Below are positions 8,680 through 22,116 of a stretch of DNA of 64,000 nt, piece by piece; the first letter of the stretch is position 1, and each line of letters starts with the position of its first letter. The translations under genes were made by a program, and so were the position numbers. Source of the stretch: Callorhinchus milii (taxonomy: Eukaryota); assembly GCF_018977255.1 (NCBI RefSeq), contig NW_024704742.1:59646001-59710000 (forward strand), given 5' to 3'. Under the pieces are notes generated by a model. It had not been told where the DNA came from and ran no database searches. It saw only the letters and a program-made list of their open reading frames with translations.

Positions 8680-11500
8680 TACTACAAAATGTCCGATCCC
8701 TTTCTAACAAGGCTCTCGCCATCAAAGACATCATGGTTGATGTAAACATTGATATCCTGGCCCTCATTGAAACCTGGACCACCCCAGGCGACACCTTCGC
8801 CCGATTGAGGCCACACTATCTGGCTATACCTTCCACCATACCCCACGTCCTAACCGCCATGTCGGTGCTGTGGCCTTCATCTCCAGGTGCTCACTTGCTC
8901 TATCCCCTATTCCTCTGGCTCATTCCCCTCCTTCGAGCACCTTATCCTCTACCATCCCTTCAATCCTCCCTCAAAATTCTCCTGATTTATTGTCCCCCCA
9001 AACCCTTCCCCACCTTCATCTCTGACATTGACACCCTCCTAGCTTCCCTCTGCCTCCGTTCTGAACACCTTTTCATCCTAGGTGACTTCAACCTGCACTT
9101 CACCCTTCTTGCTCTAACTCCATTGACTTCTCCTTTCTTCTTGCCTCTCACAACCTCTCCCTCCACATCCACTTTGCCACCCACGTTTATGGCCACCCAC
9201 TCGACCTAGTGATTACTTGGGGCCTCAGTGTCTCGGATATCACAATCACTGATAAAGCCATCTCAGATCACCATTTAATCTCCTGTAACTCCTCAATACC
9301 TCTCCCCACAGCCACCCAACCCATCTCCATCTTCTACCAGCCCATGAAAAGAATTGCCGCCCACTCTATCTCCGCTGCCCTGGAGTCATCTGAACACCTT
9401 CCCCTCTGACCTATCTCCTGCACCAACCGATCCTCCTCAGTCACTCTCCTCCACAACTCCCTCTCCATCATTCTCGATGCCCTTGCCCCCCTCACTTCCC
9501 GAACTACATCCTACTCATGAACCTCACTCTGGTACACCAGCCACCTCTGCTCACTCAGGGTCAGATGCGTGCTGCTGAATGCACCTGGCTCAAATCTGAT
9601 TTAAAGGTTCACCAGCAGATCCGACTGGAACACATCAAAACTTATTGGTCCGTCCTCACCACTGCTAAATCATCCTTCTATTCCAAGGTAATCTTGGAGG
9701 CCAAGGACAGCTCCAGGCCCCTACCCATCCTCCACACCTTTGAACCTGTCTCCCCCTCCTCTCTCACCACCACTATAACCTGCATGAAGTCCACAACCTG
9801 CTCCTGTCCCTACTCTTCTCCTTACCTCCCAGCACCATCTCCTCACCCCTTTACTCTCAGACCTCATCAACCTCTCCATGTCAACTTGCACCGTTCCAAC
9901 CCCTCTAAAAATAGCTGTCATCACCCCATCCTAAAAAAAGCTTCCCCGGACCCACCCCTGCTCACTATCTATTGCCCCATCTTCAACCTCTCTTTCCTTT
10001 CCAAGATCCTTGAAAGAGATGTTGCTTCCCAGAGTCATTCCTTTCTCTCCTGCCACTCCCTTTATGGATCTCTCCAATTGGATTTCCGTGGCAGTCAAAG
10101 CATGGAAACAGGCCTGGTAGAGGTGACAAATTAAATTATGTCCATCTGTGACCAGGGCTTTCCTCTGTCTCCTCGTCTTCCTTGACCTCTCTGCTGCCTT
10201 TGACACTGTGGACCACTCTATCCTGCTCCACCACCTCTCCTCTCACCTTAACTTTCAAGGTTCTGTCCTTGAATGGTTCAGATCCTATCTCTCACACCAG
10301 TTCTTCCTTGTCTCCACAAATGACTTCTCCTCCAGCCCCCACACCATCTTGTGCGGTGTTCCTCAGGGCTGATGGAAAAGACTGCTCTGTCCTCATGTTC
10401 ATGCTCACTCTTGGTGACATCATACGCAGACAAGGGGTCAACTTCCACATGGGAGGAAAAGTTTGCAGGGCTATGGGGAGAGAGCGGGAGGAATAGAATT
10501 GATTTGGGTAGCTCTTTTCAAAGAGCCAGCACAAACACGATGGGCCAAATGGCCTCCTTCTGTGCTCTATAATTCTATGATTTTATGACACCCATCTCTA
10601 TCTCTCTGCTTCCACCCTCGACCCCAGGACCACTGATATCCTGATAGACTGCCTATCAGACATCAAGACCTGGATGAGAGCCAACTTTCTAAAGTTGAAT
10701 GTCAGCAAGACCAAGGTTTTCATGATTGGTTCGCCCCAGTGCCTCCACTCACTCCACCTCACCAAACCAATCAGGAACCTGGGCATCCTGTTCATCCCAC
10801 AACTGTCCTTTCTTGCCTACATCCACTCTGCCCACTCTGCCTTTCCCCACCACCGTAACATTGCCCAACTCCACCCCTGCTTAACACTTCAGGCTGCTGA
10901 AACCCTCACCCATGCCTTCGTTACCACTAGGCTCGACTATGCCAATGCCCTGCTTGTGGGCCTTGACAACTCTTACCTCCACAAGCTGCAGATCATTCAG
11001 AACTCTGCAGCTTGTTCCTCTCCTGCACCAGGCTCCGTGACCCCACCCCCCCCACCCTTGCCCGGCTCCACTGGCTTCCCATCCCTCAGAGGATCAAGTT
11101 CAAAATTCTCGTTCTCACCCTCCATGGCCTTGCCCCCTCCTACCTCTCTGACCTGCTGACCCCTTATCAACCTGTCCACTCGCTCTGCTCAGCAGGCTCT
11201 GGCCTGCTCCACGTCCCGCCCAGCATGCCCGACCATCAGCGGTCGGGCTTTCAGCCTCTCTGCCCCCACCCTCTGGAACTCCATCCCGCAGTCCCTCTGT
11301 TTTGCTCCCTCCCTTGCCTCCTTTAAGACCCATCTGAAGACCCTCCTCTTCTACCATGCTTTCGATTATCCTCCTTCCCCTGCCCTCCAACCCTTCCTAA
11401 TCCCGACCACCAGCTCGGGTCTGAAACACCGATTGTTCAGCGCCTTGGGATGTCCTACCGGCGTGATAGGCGCTGTACACGTAATTTATTGTTTTTGTTG
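8680..11500 (+). mobile_element. L2 LINE, near full-length ORF2 (APE endonuclease + RT), decayed
   Basis: LQNVRSLSNK, DILALIETW, LIYCPPK, ILGDFNLH, ISDHHLI (APE); [84 protein letters not shown]; 3' tail gccttgggatgtcct..ggcgct..(ttg)n. Many frameshifts. Confidence 0.95.
10452..10586 (+). mobile_element. CR1 3' end nested in the L2 RT catalytic motif
   Basis: ttgcagggctatggggagagagcggg...atgggccaaatggcctccttctgtgct..ttctatgattttatga shark-type CR1 tail between ttccacatg and atgacaccc. Confidence 0.88.
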
Positions 11501-11725
11501 CAAAACTGCCAAAAGTAATTTCAGGCCAGACACTATGAAATATTTAATTATCCAGGGGGTAACTAACAACTGGAACAGGTTAACAGGAATGGAGGTTGAA
11601 ACAAAGACACAATTTGATGCTGTATGGGAGGAATTTAAAACAGGTATTCTGAAGGGATGAGATCAAATAAGCTAAAAGGTCTTCTTTATTCAAGGTGATT
11701 TTATCATATTGTGATCTTGTGATTG
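11500..11725 (+). mobile_element. Old CR1 3' fragment
   Basis: Degenerate FRPD.MKYL.IQGVTNNWNRL motif and ttgtgatcttgtgat tail; similar relic at about 25960-26250. Confidence 0.55.
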
Positions 11726-13029
11726 TGCTTCATACCCTTATCTACTGGGTTGACATAGTTCCGAGTTTGTTTCAACTTGGACTGTTACAGTCCAAAATAT
11801 ACGATAATCTGCTCTTTGTACTTTAGGTGGCACTGAGATTCAGAATGTAGAGTTAGCAATTGATCTTTAGGTTACGTTTGGCTGCAGTCTGACCTAACAT
11901 CACTGTTAACTTTGTCCAGTTGCAATGATTAAAGAAAGGTTCTCTCTGATTACAAAATCTGCTGACATTACTTGCACCCCATAAACTCTGATTGTTGGTC
12001 TTTCACTGTGCATACTCCTGGATCATATTGCTGCTCTTTATGGAAAATGAGCCTTCATTGAAGAATCACTGCTGCACAATATTAAACAGTTTCAACATCA
12101 TGTTTCATACCCTCTATTCTACAGCTATCTCTATCAATTCCTCAAGTCTGCTTGCCCAGATACGCTCACCTCAGCTATTATGGATTAAACTTAGAGATGA
12201 ACAAGAGCTGTGTGATTCCAACTCCTATAGATGAGCCAAGCTGGCTTGAAATCCTCTGAAACATTTACATGTCAGTACAAAGGAAGGACACCTCCAGAGC
12301 TTGAAAAGGACCAACCTGATGCTGCTTTACTTCCACAGACAAGAGTATTGTAATAAGCCGGCAGGATATATTGAAGGAGTTTGATAGGAAAATTGGATGG
12401 GTATACCAAATTGAAGAGACCGGATGTTACAGTAGTAGAAATGGAAATATATCCATTTAGATACTGCAATGCACTTCAACACTCTCCAACACACAAGTCC
12501 AAAGTTGTCATTCCACATACTGTGATACATTTGTGCACAGGCACTCTGCAGGGATATATGAATCAGCCATACAGCTAGATTTTAAAAAATCTTCTTTGGA
12601 ACATCTGCATTTCCATAACTTCAACATGTTCCTTCATATGATGATTTACTCCTGCTTCAACTAGTTACTATTTGGTCGAATTGCAATATTCCTAGACATT
12701 CCGTTCCTTAATTTCATTCATTTGGGGAATGTTGATCAGGAACCAAATTTATTCCCGTCCACGATTGAAGGCTGCTTTCACACATAGTACCTTAAAAATT
12801 CATATCAAAAGCTAAGCTAAAAGTTAAAATCCTATTCTGTAGCCAGGAATAAAGGCCTCAGATCCTCACTAACTAAAAAATGAAGATAATTCGATTTTGA
12901 TCTGAAAATTCTTATGGGAGAAACCAGATGTCAGGTGTGAGGGAGTTCAGTTCCAACCTGTCGTAAGTCATTCCCAAATTCCACCCTGCATTAAGGGAGC
13001 TACAATAAATGCAAGTTGTTGTTGGTTTT

Positions 13030-13230
13030 AAGTCACATCTTAAGGATGCATTTCAAATTTGGTCACTCAATCTACTACTGTTTATGGGATACTGCTGTGT
13101 GCAATTGGCTGCCGCATTTCACACACAAAATATAGTCAATTCACTTTGCAGTATATTCTGTGAAGCACTTTGAAATGTGTCGAAGACACGATAAGGCACT
13201 ATATCGAATGCAAGGATTATTTTTATTATA
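13030..13230 (+). mobile_element. Young SINE, 3' half
   Basis: ttggtcactcaatc..gtcaattcacttt..aatgcaaggattat. Confidence 0.85.
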
Positions 13231-16189
13231 AATTCATATTCTGTCTTTGTGATAATTATCACAGCACATATCACAATTTAACCCCTTTTGTACATAGATG
13301 ATCAAAAATTTATGTTTCTTTGTAGTAGTGTTTAGAGCAGATTTTAATCACAGCAGGTTTAATTTTGATTCAGACCCTGATCGCAGAGGTAAAAAGGTTT
13401 CTGTGCTAAGTCAGTGTACCACTTATAACCTGAAATATACTGCAATTTCTTGTTCTTGAATTCAGAATATTTTGTATCAAAAACATCACTGTCACCACGT
13501 AAATACAGCATCTCCCATGACAAGGGTACTGTAACAAAAATGCACATTGAATAGCATTTACAATAATAAAACATAATAATAATCATTGCATTTGGTATGG
13601 CACCTTACCATGTCGTTGAGACATCTCAATGTACTTCAGGGGATTTGCTATAAAATTAAGTGATTATGTTTTGTAGGGAATCATAACTGTATTTTGTAGG
13701 TGATCTATGAACTGTTTCAGGTAACAAATAAAAATTAAAATGTACGCAAACACAATCAGAGGTGATCAGTACAATTTCTCAACATGACATTTCACAACAT
13801 CTTGACTTAAACAGAAACGTTGATTGCTGATGGGTATTGTGTTGCCTTTGTCTCTCATGGATTATCACAACAAGTGACTAATAGTGGAAAAAGGTGACAT
13901 TACAGTGGTATATTTCACATCATCTCTCGTGTGCAATTGGCTGTCGCGTTTTGTGTGCAAACATCTTGTCTGGATTCCACTGCATGACAAGATGTAACCT
14001 GGGTTTGTGGTTGTAGCTCACAGCCAACCCATCAACAAACCCTCCCGGAAAGTCCGCAGTGGTTATTTGAAAATCAATGATTATGCATTTGGCTCCTGGT
14101 TAAACTTTGTATGGAAGAAAAAGCAAAGGCTCAATTTGCGGACCATTTATGGAATAGCTTGAGGCACATTTGTTTACTGTCTTTATAATTCACATAAAGC
14201 AACATCCTTTTTTTTTGCAAATATGGGAACCAAAATCCAATTATATAATGATGCATTATTTCTCTAAACAATATAACTGAAGGTTTAAATCACTGATATT
14301 TGCTGATTGGCGATTTGTCCTGGAGTAATTCAGATAAATCTGTTTTCCTGGACAAAGGGTAGAAAGGGAGGAACATAAATCTGCAATAATCCGGTTATCA
14401 CAAATAGCATTATTTAATAGATGCAAGACCGGAGGCAACAATTAAAATTTAGTAGCTTGCGTTTTCAATATTTGATTCATAATCTTCTGTGGTATTTACC
14501 TGTGGGTTGTATTTCTTGCGAATGTCACTTATTTATTTTTTTCCCACGCGTCTAACCACAGCCTACAGAATATGCAGTCACTGGACTTTACAGTATATCC
14601 TGTAAAGGCTTTGAGACATCCTCCTGACGTGAAAGGTGCTATATCGAACAGAAAGATTATGATTATAACACTGGTTCATTACAACAAAAAGTGAAAACTA
14701 TGACATGTGCTAATTGTCATTAGTGTTGAGAATTGCAGGTTAGTTAGCCCATAGCCAAAGATTGGCTGTGAGTGTGAATCACCTTGTCAGAGTGTGACAC
14801 ATTTGTTGGGTTGCTGCCAATGCTGTAGTTTTTAGCCACAGAGAATGGCATTTGAGTACTGCACGACGGGCTAGCAATCAGCCTCAATTTGAGTTAACCC
14901 AGTATTTCATGAAGCAATGCACAAATCCCACAATCTATGGCCAATAACTTCAAGGTTGATAGTGGTTTCAAGTCCAACTGCTTAGTTGCAGTCAAAAGAA
15001 CATACTCTACCTTTACTTTCCACACATCACTGCAGTTCAGACAATTGGGACTAAGTCTGAGACTGATGGCAAATGGCTGATATTAGATTCTGCTGTATCA
15101 CCCTTCAGTATCCTCAACCTCAGAGTATTTTCCTTTTCTGAACTCCTGTTTCCTTCTGATTCTTACTTTTTCAGTTTGCCTACTTTACCCATTAGGCCTC
15201 TACAAAATATCCCAGACATATAGTTATTCACGATTATCAGCACATACTGTGTACAGAATGGGGTGAAATGTTTGGCATTGCATAATGTTTTCCTTGTGTT
15301 AATTATCATGAGTCATATAATATAAAATGCAACATATTTCATCCTAGTATCTTGGTTACATGTGCAGTATTTTTTTGTTATCGTTATATGTAAAAGACAA
15401 TACCATCTGGTGCAGATACATACATATTTTATCAAGAAATGGCATAGTTAATTGAATAATTGAATAATTCAATACATTAATGATGAGTATATAAAACTGA
15501 CAAATATTGGAACTTTTTAAATCATTAATTTAGCAAATAGCAACAAAAAGAGAGATACTTAACAGTAATATTTATTTTCACTGATTAGATTCATCTAATG
15601 TGTTTATGTCCTCCAGTGAAACCTGGAGCAAATTCGCATTGCTTCTGAAGCATTAAAATGAGTATAATTTACAAATATTTTATGCTTAGTTCACAATTTT
15701 CCATTCAAGTAATTATGCTTTAAATCAGGAACCCAATCTGTTTTGAGTCTGTCTCAGTATTGATGTATAGATCAGAGATTTACGCTAAAACATAGTTTCC
15801 CCCTTTTGTTGGCTATATTATGAGACTATTTTAATGATGCAGGATTTCTGCTGGTTGAATCTCCTATTGACCTTTCTAAACTCATGAATGGTTCTTATCA
15901 AAGTCCATTATGATTATCACTAGAGAAGGCAGCTTCTCCATTAATGACCGGTGTCCTGGCCAACAGTCCCCCAGATAAAATTGATCATTCACTTGATGTC
16001 TGTTTGTGGGACATCGCTGTGAGCAAATAGGCTGCCGCGTTCACCTTCCTATGCAGTCACTATGCCTTACATTAAATCCTGTTAAATTTTTTGAGACATC
16101 CTCCGAACATAAAAGGCACTATACCAACTACAAGAATTATAATTATTATTGTTGTTAAGACTTGTACCTTTTCCACTGTTGAGAGCCAC

Positions 16190-18210
16190 CCCTTCCCAAA
16201 ATGCCCTGCTCCTAATCCCCATCCCTTGTTACTCCTACTCAGTCCTTCTCTCCTACCACCCTCCATATCTTTTCTCCCTCCTGGATCTCCCACCGCCTCT
16301 CGCTGCTCCAGCCTGGGCATCCTCCACTGGGCTCACCATGGCAGCTGGTTATGGTTGTCCCAGAGCAGCCACCCCAACCTCTCCAACACCCATATTCTCT
16401 GCAAGGTCTGCCTTCCCCACCTCCAACAGACGTGGGAGGCAGGCCTCATCCACCTCCACGTCCTTTCCAACTCTCCCCCTCATACCCAACAGTCGTTCCC
16501 CCTCTCAATTTACAACAATGCCTCCCCTTCCTGTGCCTCAATTCGCATTGGCCTCCAAAATATCTGCTCCCTCTCAAATAAAGCTCTTACAATCCACAAC
16601 GTTATCCTGGACGAGCAAATAGACATCCTTGGGCTCACAGAAATCTAACTCTCCCCTAATGACGCCGCCTCCCCAGTCAAAGCCTCCCCACCTGGTTACA
16701 CTTCTCACCACACACCCCACCCCAACGAACGCGGCGGCAGGGTGGCCCTCATCTCCAAAACCTCCCTTGGTCTCTCCCCCCATTCCTCTGGCTGTTTCCC
16801 CTCTTTTGAGCACCTCAACCTCAACCATACCTCCTCCCTCTCCTTCAAAATTCTTCTGGTTAACCGACCTCCCAAACCTCCTGGCCCCTTCCTCGCAGAT
16901 ATCGATCCTCTCCTCTCATCCCTGTCCTTCTGTATAAACGCCTGCTCATAATGGGCAATTTTAATCTCAATTCCTCCTGCCCCATCTCTCCACTCTAAAT
17001 CTCACACACCATGTAAACTCCCCGACCCACAACTGTGGCCACCTCTTCGACCTCATCATCACCCGTGGTCAAGACACCTATGATCTGACCATCACAGACA
17101 AAGCCATCTCAGACCGCTTCCTCTTCTCCCTCTCCTCTCATATCACCTTCCCCTCCTCCAAACCCTGCATCATTGTTTCCACCCATGGAAGAAGCTTCCC
17201 CCCCAAGTCTCTCACAAATACCCTCTCATCCTTGGATCTTCTCTCCCTCTGGCCCTCCACCCACAGTTAACCATAGTCAGCATAATCAAAAATCCCAAAC
17301 CCGATTCCTCGAGTGCAGATGGCACAATACCGGCCTCACAGTTCATTGTCAACTGTGGCTTGAGCATCTTCATACCTACCACCTCTCCCTCTCTCAAGCC
17401 AAAACTACTTTCTACTCACATGCCATTCTCAAGGCCAAAAACAACCCATAATCCTATTCTCCATTACCCACCACTTCCTCAACGGCCTCGCATGCACTCT
17501 TGATTGTCACTTTTGATGCCAAGTATGAAGTAGTCCTGGACTTCTTGATCTCTAAGATAGATAATATCCACCTGGCTGCCTCCTCCTCCTCTTCCCCTTC
17601 CCACCCATCCACCCCATGTCACCTACCTCCCCATGCCTCTTTTATCAACTTCTACTTCTACCATGGTCCCCACCCTACACTCCTTTGCCCTCATCTCTCC
17701 CTCCTCCATTTCCCCCACCATCTTCTGCCTCAAACCCCTGCCCACGCAGCTTCTGGTCATTCAACTCCCCCACCTCTACCCACTGCTGGCTGTCAAAATC
17801 AATCAGTCCCTCTCCTCAGACTCTGTCCCACTCCCAATTATGGAACGGGTTGATTTCAAGATCCTTTCACTCATTTTGAAATCTCTTCATGCCCTCACAC
17901 CTCCGTGCGTATCTAATCTGCTTACCCCCCATTCCACCATCAGCTGTAGTTGTGCCTTCAGCCACCACGCCCTGAAACTCTGGAACTCTCTCCCTCAATC
18001 CCTCCGCCTTGCTCCTTCCCTCCATCCCTCTGTTTTGCCCCCTCCCTCCCCACTTTCAAATCCTGCCTAAAGACATTCCTTTTTGTTTAAGCTTATGGTC
18101 ACATCCACCTCTCCTTCTCCACCTGGTTTGAGGTCAGACTCTGCCGGTGTCAAGCACTCCAGGACAATACCTCCTGTGAAGGACACTATATAAATAGAAG
18201 TTGTTGTGTT
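16190..18210 (+). mobile_element. L2 LINE with 5' leader and APE domain, most of RT deleted
   Basis: IRIGLQNICSLSNKAL..IDILGLTEI, LVNRPPK, GHLFDLII, AISD; jumps near 17830 from the pre-RT region to LPIMERVDFKIL; L2 tail ending (ttg)n near 18210. Confidence 0.92.
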
Positions 18211-19144
18211 GACTATCACTCCCGAAGAAGATCATTATTCCCAACCAGGAACTCAATACAATCTCAACTGCATCACTGAAAATTTCTGCCTGACACGATT
18301 GCACGAAACACCAAGTGAAGACAACATTTTGAGTTATTAGATATTTATCCTGTATTGGTTGCTCCAATGCTGCCATCTCCACTGTAGTGCTTCTGTTCAG
18401 ACCCATTTGTCAATCATTTTAGTGCAGAGCAATGAAGGCTAAAGCTTGTCGTACAGTTCGAGTGCAACAAAACCCAAAAGAAAACAAGCCCAGGTCTGCT
18501 TCCCAATGTCATTCAATAAAGTTCCAAACATGTCATCATTCATTCTTCTGTGCCTTTTTCATCTGCTAGAAAAATGGATGTTGAGCCATTTTTATAGCAA
18601 CAAATTTGAGCCGAATCTCTGAACTTTTCGTTGGATTTGACAAGTTCGCTGAATTATGTTGCTCTTTGGCACAATTGACTGATTTTCTTTAGCGCAGAAG
18701 CATTGGAGTAACATTAGATTTATTTCAGTAGGCGTGATTGATCACTCAATTTCAGAGCAGACTTTAAGTTAACTCTAGAAAATTATGCAAATGTTTTACC
18801 CTGTTTATTTTTCAATTATTTGAAGCTGCGCTTTAATGGACAGTGAAAGCATCATTTGTTCCAATCAAACCTACATTTTTAAAAGTTTTTTTCCTGCTTC
18901 ATTGTGTAATCGGTCCACTTTGATTTATTCTGTTCTTGCTGATCCATGTAATTAGGCTTTCTGAGGACTTTTCTCTGTCCAACAGAAAATACTGAGGGTA
19001 TCTTGATGGATACCTTGGTTCAATGCTTCACTGGCCATCACTCGGCTCAAAATTCTGTCATAAAATTTAGTGAAGATGAAGGCGAAATTTGGAGAATAAT
19101 ATAAATAAACTAACCTTAAAATCCTAGTGGAATTCTGTATGCCT

Positions 19145-19475
19145 CCAATTTCAAGATCCTGACACTTGTCTTCAAATCCCTTCATGCCTTGGCATCTCCC
19201 TACCTCTCCGTCCTGCTTACTGCTGAACCCACTACCCATTATCTCCACTCAACTATCTCCAGCCTCCTGCTTGTCCCTCATGCCCCTCTGTTCCATCATC
19301 GGTGATTGCCACTATGTCCTGAAACTCTGGAACACTCTCCCTGAATCTCTTTGCCTTGCTCCTACTTACACAGCGCACCTCCTTCCCCATATTCTTTTAC
19401 TGTGCTTACGGCCACTGTCAAGTGCTCTGGGATGCTACCCTCCATGAGGAGCACTGATAAAAATGCAAATGTTAT
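19145..19475 (+). mobile_element. L2 3' fragment
   Basis: FKILTLVFKSLHALA, LKLWNTLPESL, L2 tail. Confidence 0.8.
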
Positions 19476-19516
19476 GGTAAAGAAATTGACATTTTCGTTG
19501 TCTTCATTACATCGAT

Positions 19517-19680
19517 ACATAGACATAGAAAAAGGCATAGGCTATTCAGCCCCGCGAGCCTGTTATGCCATTTTATAAGATCTCGGCTGATCTATACCTC
19601 AAGTTCAGTTATCCACCCTTGCCCCATATCCCTTAATACCCTGACCTAACAAATATATATCTACCTCCTTCTTGAAAGTG
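19517..19680 (-). mobile_element. CR1 3' end
   Basis: Reverse complement of the CR1 tail at 43380-43510 and 45770-45900 (ctcg.ggggctgaata.ccta). Confidence 0.85.
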
Positions 19681-20084
19681 CGAATGTAAATGTAATTGGC
19701 CCTTATCAATGGGTGTGGTTTAAACCATTATTAGTTTGTTTTGTGATTTTTGTCGCTTTAAGTCTAGAGCTGATTTACAATTAATCCATGTTGCAGGAAA
19801 AATCCTTCATTCTATTATAAAAGGGACCATTATCATGATATCATGATTGGAAGCCTAGAGTGAAAATCCAACAGCACTTCAACACTGCAAAGGTCATTTC
19901 CTTTGAATATTGGGCAGAATGTCAAATCATGAATGAAACTATGCATATTCCATTCACTGCAATCAACAGCAAAAGGTTAGCGTTGGCAGTAAAACCTCAA
20001 CCTTGGAAAGCTAGCATATTTACTGGAAACCACCTATCTCATTCCCTGCACTGCAGCCCTGACCATCAAAAATACAGTACCACT

Positions 20085-20250
20085 TGCAAGTTGTTAACTT
20101 AGTTCAACTTGAACATTTAGTTCAAGTTGTCACACTTTTAGTTCAGCTACATATCGAACAATATTTGACTAATAAGATAAGAACATCTTATCAGGTAAAT
20201 GTTATTCAAATGTGACTGAACTAAACGTGTGTCGATTCTGAGTGCAAAGC
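20085..20250. repeat. Nested inverted repeats (palindromic relic)
   Basis: Perfect 10-bp stem caacttgaac/gttcaagttg (20105-20129) next to imperfect arms of about 50 bp centred on gataaga-aca-tcttatc (about 20184). Confidence 0.7.
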
Positions 20251-20631
20251 TTGAAGACATTTTATGTAGTAAATACAATTTAATGGTGCATAAGTTTAAG
20301 TATGAGTGAAATACACATCATTCAAAACATTCTCTTATTGGCTATCATTATATATTAAGCAAACAGAAACATTCATGTCTTTCTGGGCTAAGCATTTATC
20401 ATCAAAAATCAACAAGCAGCAGCTGATCTCCGAAGATTATACTACACTTTTTACTTTATTTTTAAGCAAACATCTTTTATAATGAACTCAACGATGTGTA
20501 TGTCACCATCGGTGTCCACCAGAATGAATCAAATAGTCGATCATCTCAATGCTGTTTGTGATTTTACAGGTGCAGATTAGCTGCTACGTTTGCTACATAA
20601 CAGTGATTAAACTTCATATTTGTGTAAGAAT

Positions 20632-20898
20632 GGCTTATTTGGTAGCACTCTCGACTACGAGTCAGAAGTCTGTTGGTTCAAGCCTCACATCAGGACTTTG
20701 AACTCACACAGTCCAGGCTGACACTTCAGTGCAATCCCAGGGAAGTGTTGTATTGTCATAAGAGCTGCATAGCTGTTTGTGGGTTATTGCTGAATGCAAA
20801 ATTGCTGACCATGTTTGCCTACAAAATACATAATCACTATATATTTCAGTAAATCCTGTCAAGCGCTTTGAGAAGTCTTCCCAAAGTCAAAAGCGTTA
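20632..20898 (+). mobile_element. Deu-domain SINE, internally deleted
   Basis: ggtagcactctcgactacgagtcagaag..ggttcaagcc head, caggctgacacttcagtgca, tail. Confidence 0.8.
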
Positions 20899-21203
20899 TG
20901 TGGAATCCTGTACCTCAGTGGCTAGAGCACTCGCCTCGCAAGCGAGGCACTTGGGTTCGATTCCCGGCAGGGCAAAACCTTGGGAAGTTTCCTTACTCCA
21001 CACGCCTGATAATAATCCCTCAAGAAAATAAAACAATAATAAATTGGTCACTTAATCCACGACTGTTTGTACTCATAATTGGCTGCTGCGTTTTGCCCAC
21101 AAATATAGTCAATTCACTTTACAGTATAGTCTGTGAAGTGCTTTGAGACGTCTAGAAGGCATGACAAGTGCTATATCAAATGTAAGGATTGTTATTATCA
21201 TTA
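20899..21203 (+). mobile_element. Young tRNA(Ala)-derived SINE, short variant, full length
   Basis: A box ta.ctcagtgg, stem ctcgc-ctcgcaa-gcgag, B box ggttcgattcc, body and (tta)n tail. Confidence 0.93.
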
Positions 21204-21517
21204 TATACTCTAGACTGACTCTCCAGAACAGTGCAAGGGATGTGCTACATTGTTGGCGATTCCATTCTACAGGTCCCATCTGTCTGGTCAGATGAACATC
21301 AAAGATCTCGTTACACAATTTTAAAATGGAGGATATTGGGCTGTGAATTGTTCTTGCCCTAAGAGTGATATCATGTGGGAATATACTTTTGCTAAACAAC
21401 ACAATGGAAAACTACTAATCACTTGTACCTCAGTTACCATTGCTGCTGTGAATTGTGGGTCACAGTATTTCTTTGAAAAAGTAATGACTGTTTTGCGATT
21501 ACCTAACATCCTTCTAG

Positions 21518-21710
21518 TAATAATCCTTCCAAAACAAAAAAGCAATAATAAATTGGTCATTTTTAATCCATGACTGTTTTGCGCAATTGGCTGCCACGTT
21601 TTGCCCACAAATATAGTTAATTCACTTTTACAGCATATCCTGTGAAGTGCTTTGAGACGTCTACAAGACGTGAAAAGCGCTATATTAAATGCAGGAATTA
21701 TAGTCATCTA
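21518..21710 (+). mobile_element. Young SINE, 3' half
   Basis: Collinear with 21010-21200. Confidence 0.88.
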
Positions 21711-22116
21711 ATGTCCTCAGCGTAAAAAGCAAAGGTTTAACCAGATGGCCTTTGTATGCAGAATTAAGACAAAAAAACAGTTTCTGGATACGTGATAACC
21801 AGATGATCTTGTGGTTATGGATATGTCCGGAATGTTATAAGTGAATATTTATAAGGTAATGTGACATAAAAAGTTGTAACTCGATTGAATCATTTTTGGT
21901 GTGGACAGTTGACCACAAATACTTGGTACCAGCTTCATATGTTGCAATGCATGAATAGACAGTCTCTATACCACATGAGGGACATGTTTGTTTGTTTGTT
22001 TATAAATATATGAAGAAGAACAATGAAAAGTCAGAACAGACCCAGGAAAGAAAAAGAAACTTCTACGACTACGTATTCTGCTCTGTTGGTAATCATGTGT
22101 TTCTGTACAATTAATG

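Noticed and set aside
8733..11390. Long Pro/Ser/Leu-rich ORFs and Gly/Arg-rich antisense ORFs
   Set aside because: Frameshifted L2 ORF2 and its shadows; same for 16072-18070, 22157-23062, 24381-25182 and 51228-52275.
20899..20975. tRNA gene
   Set aside because: Continues directly into a SINE body and tail with no oligo-T terminator; same for 39830-39901 and other heads.
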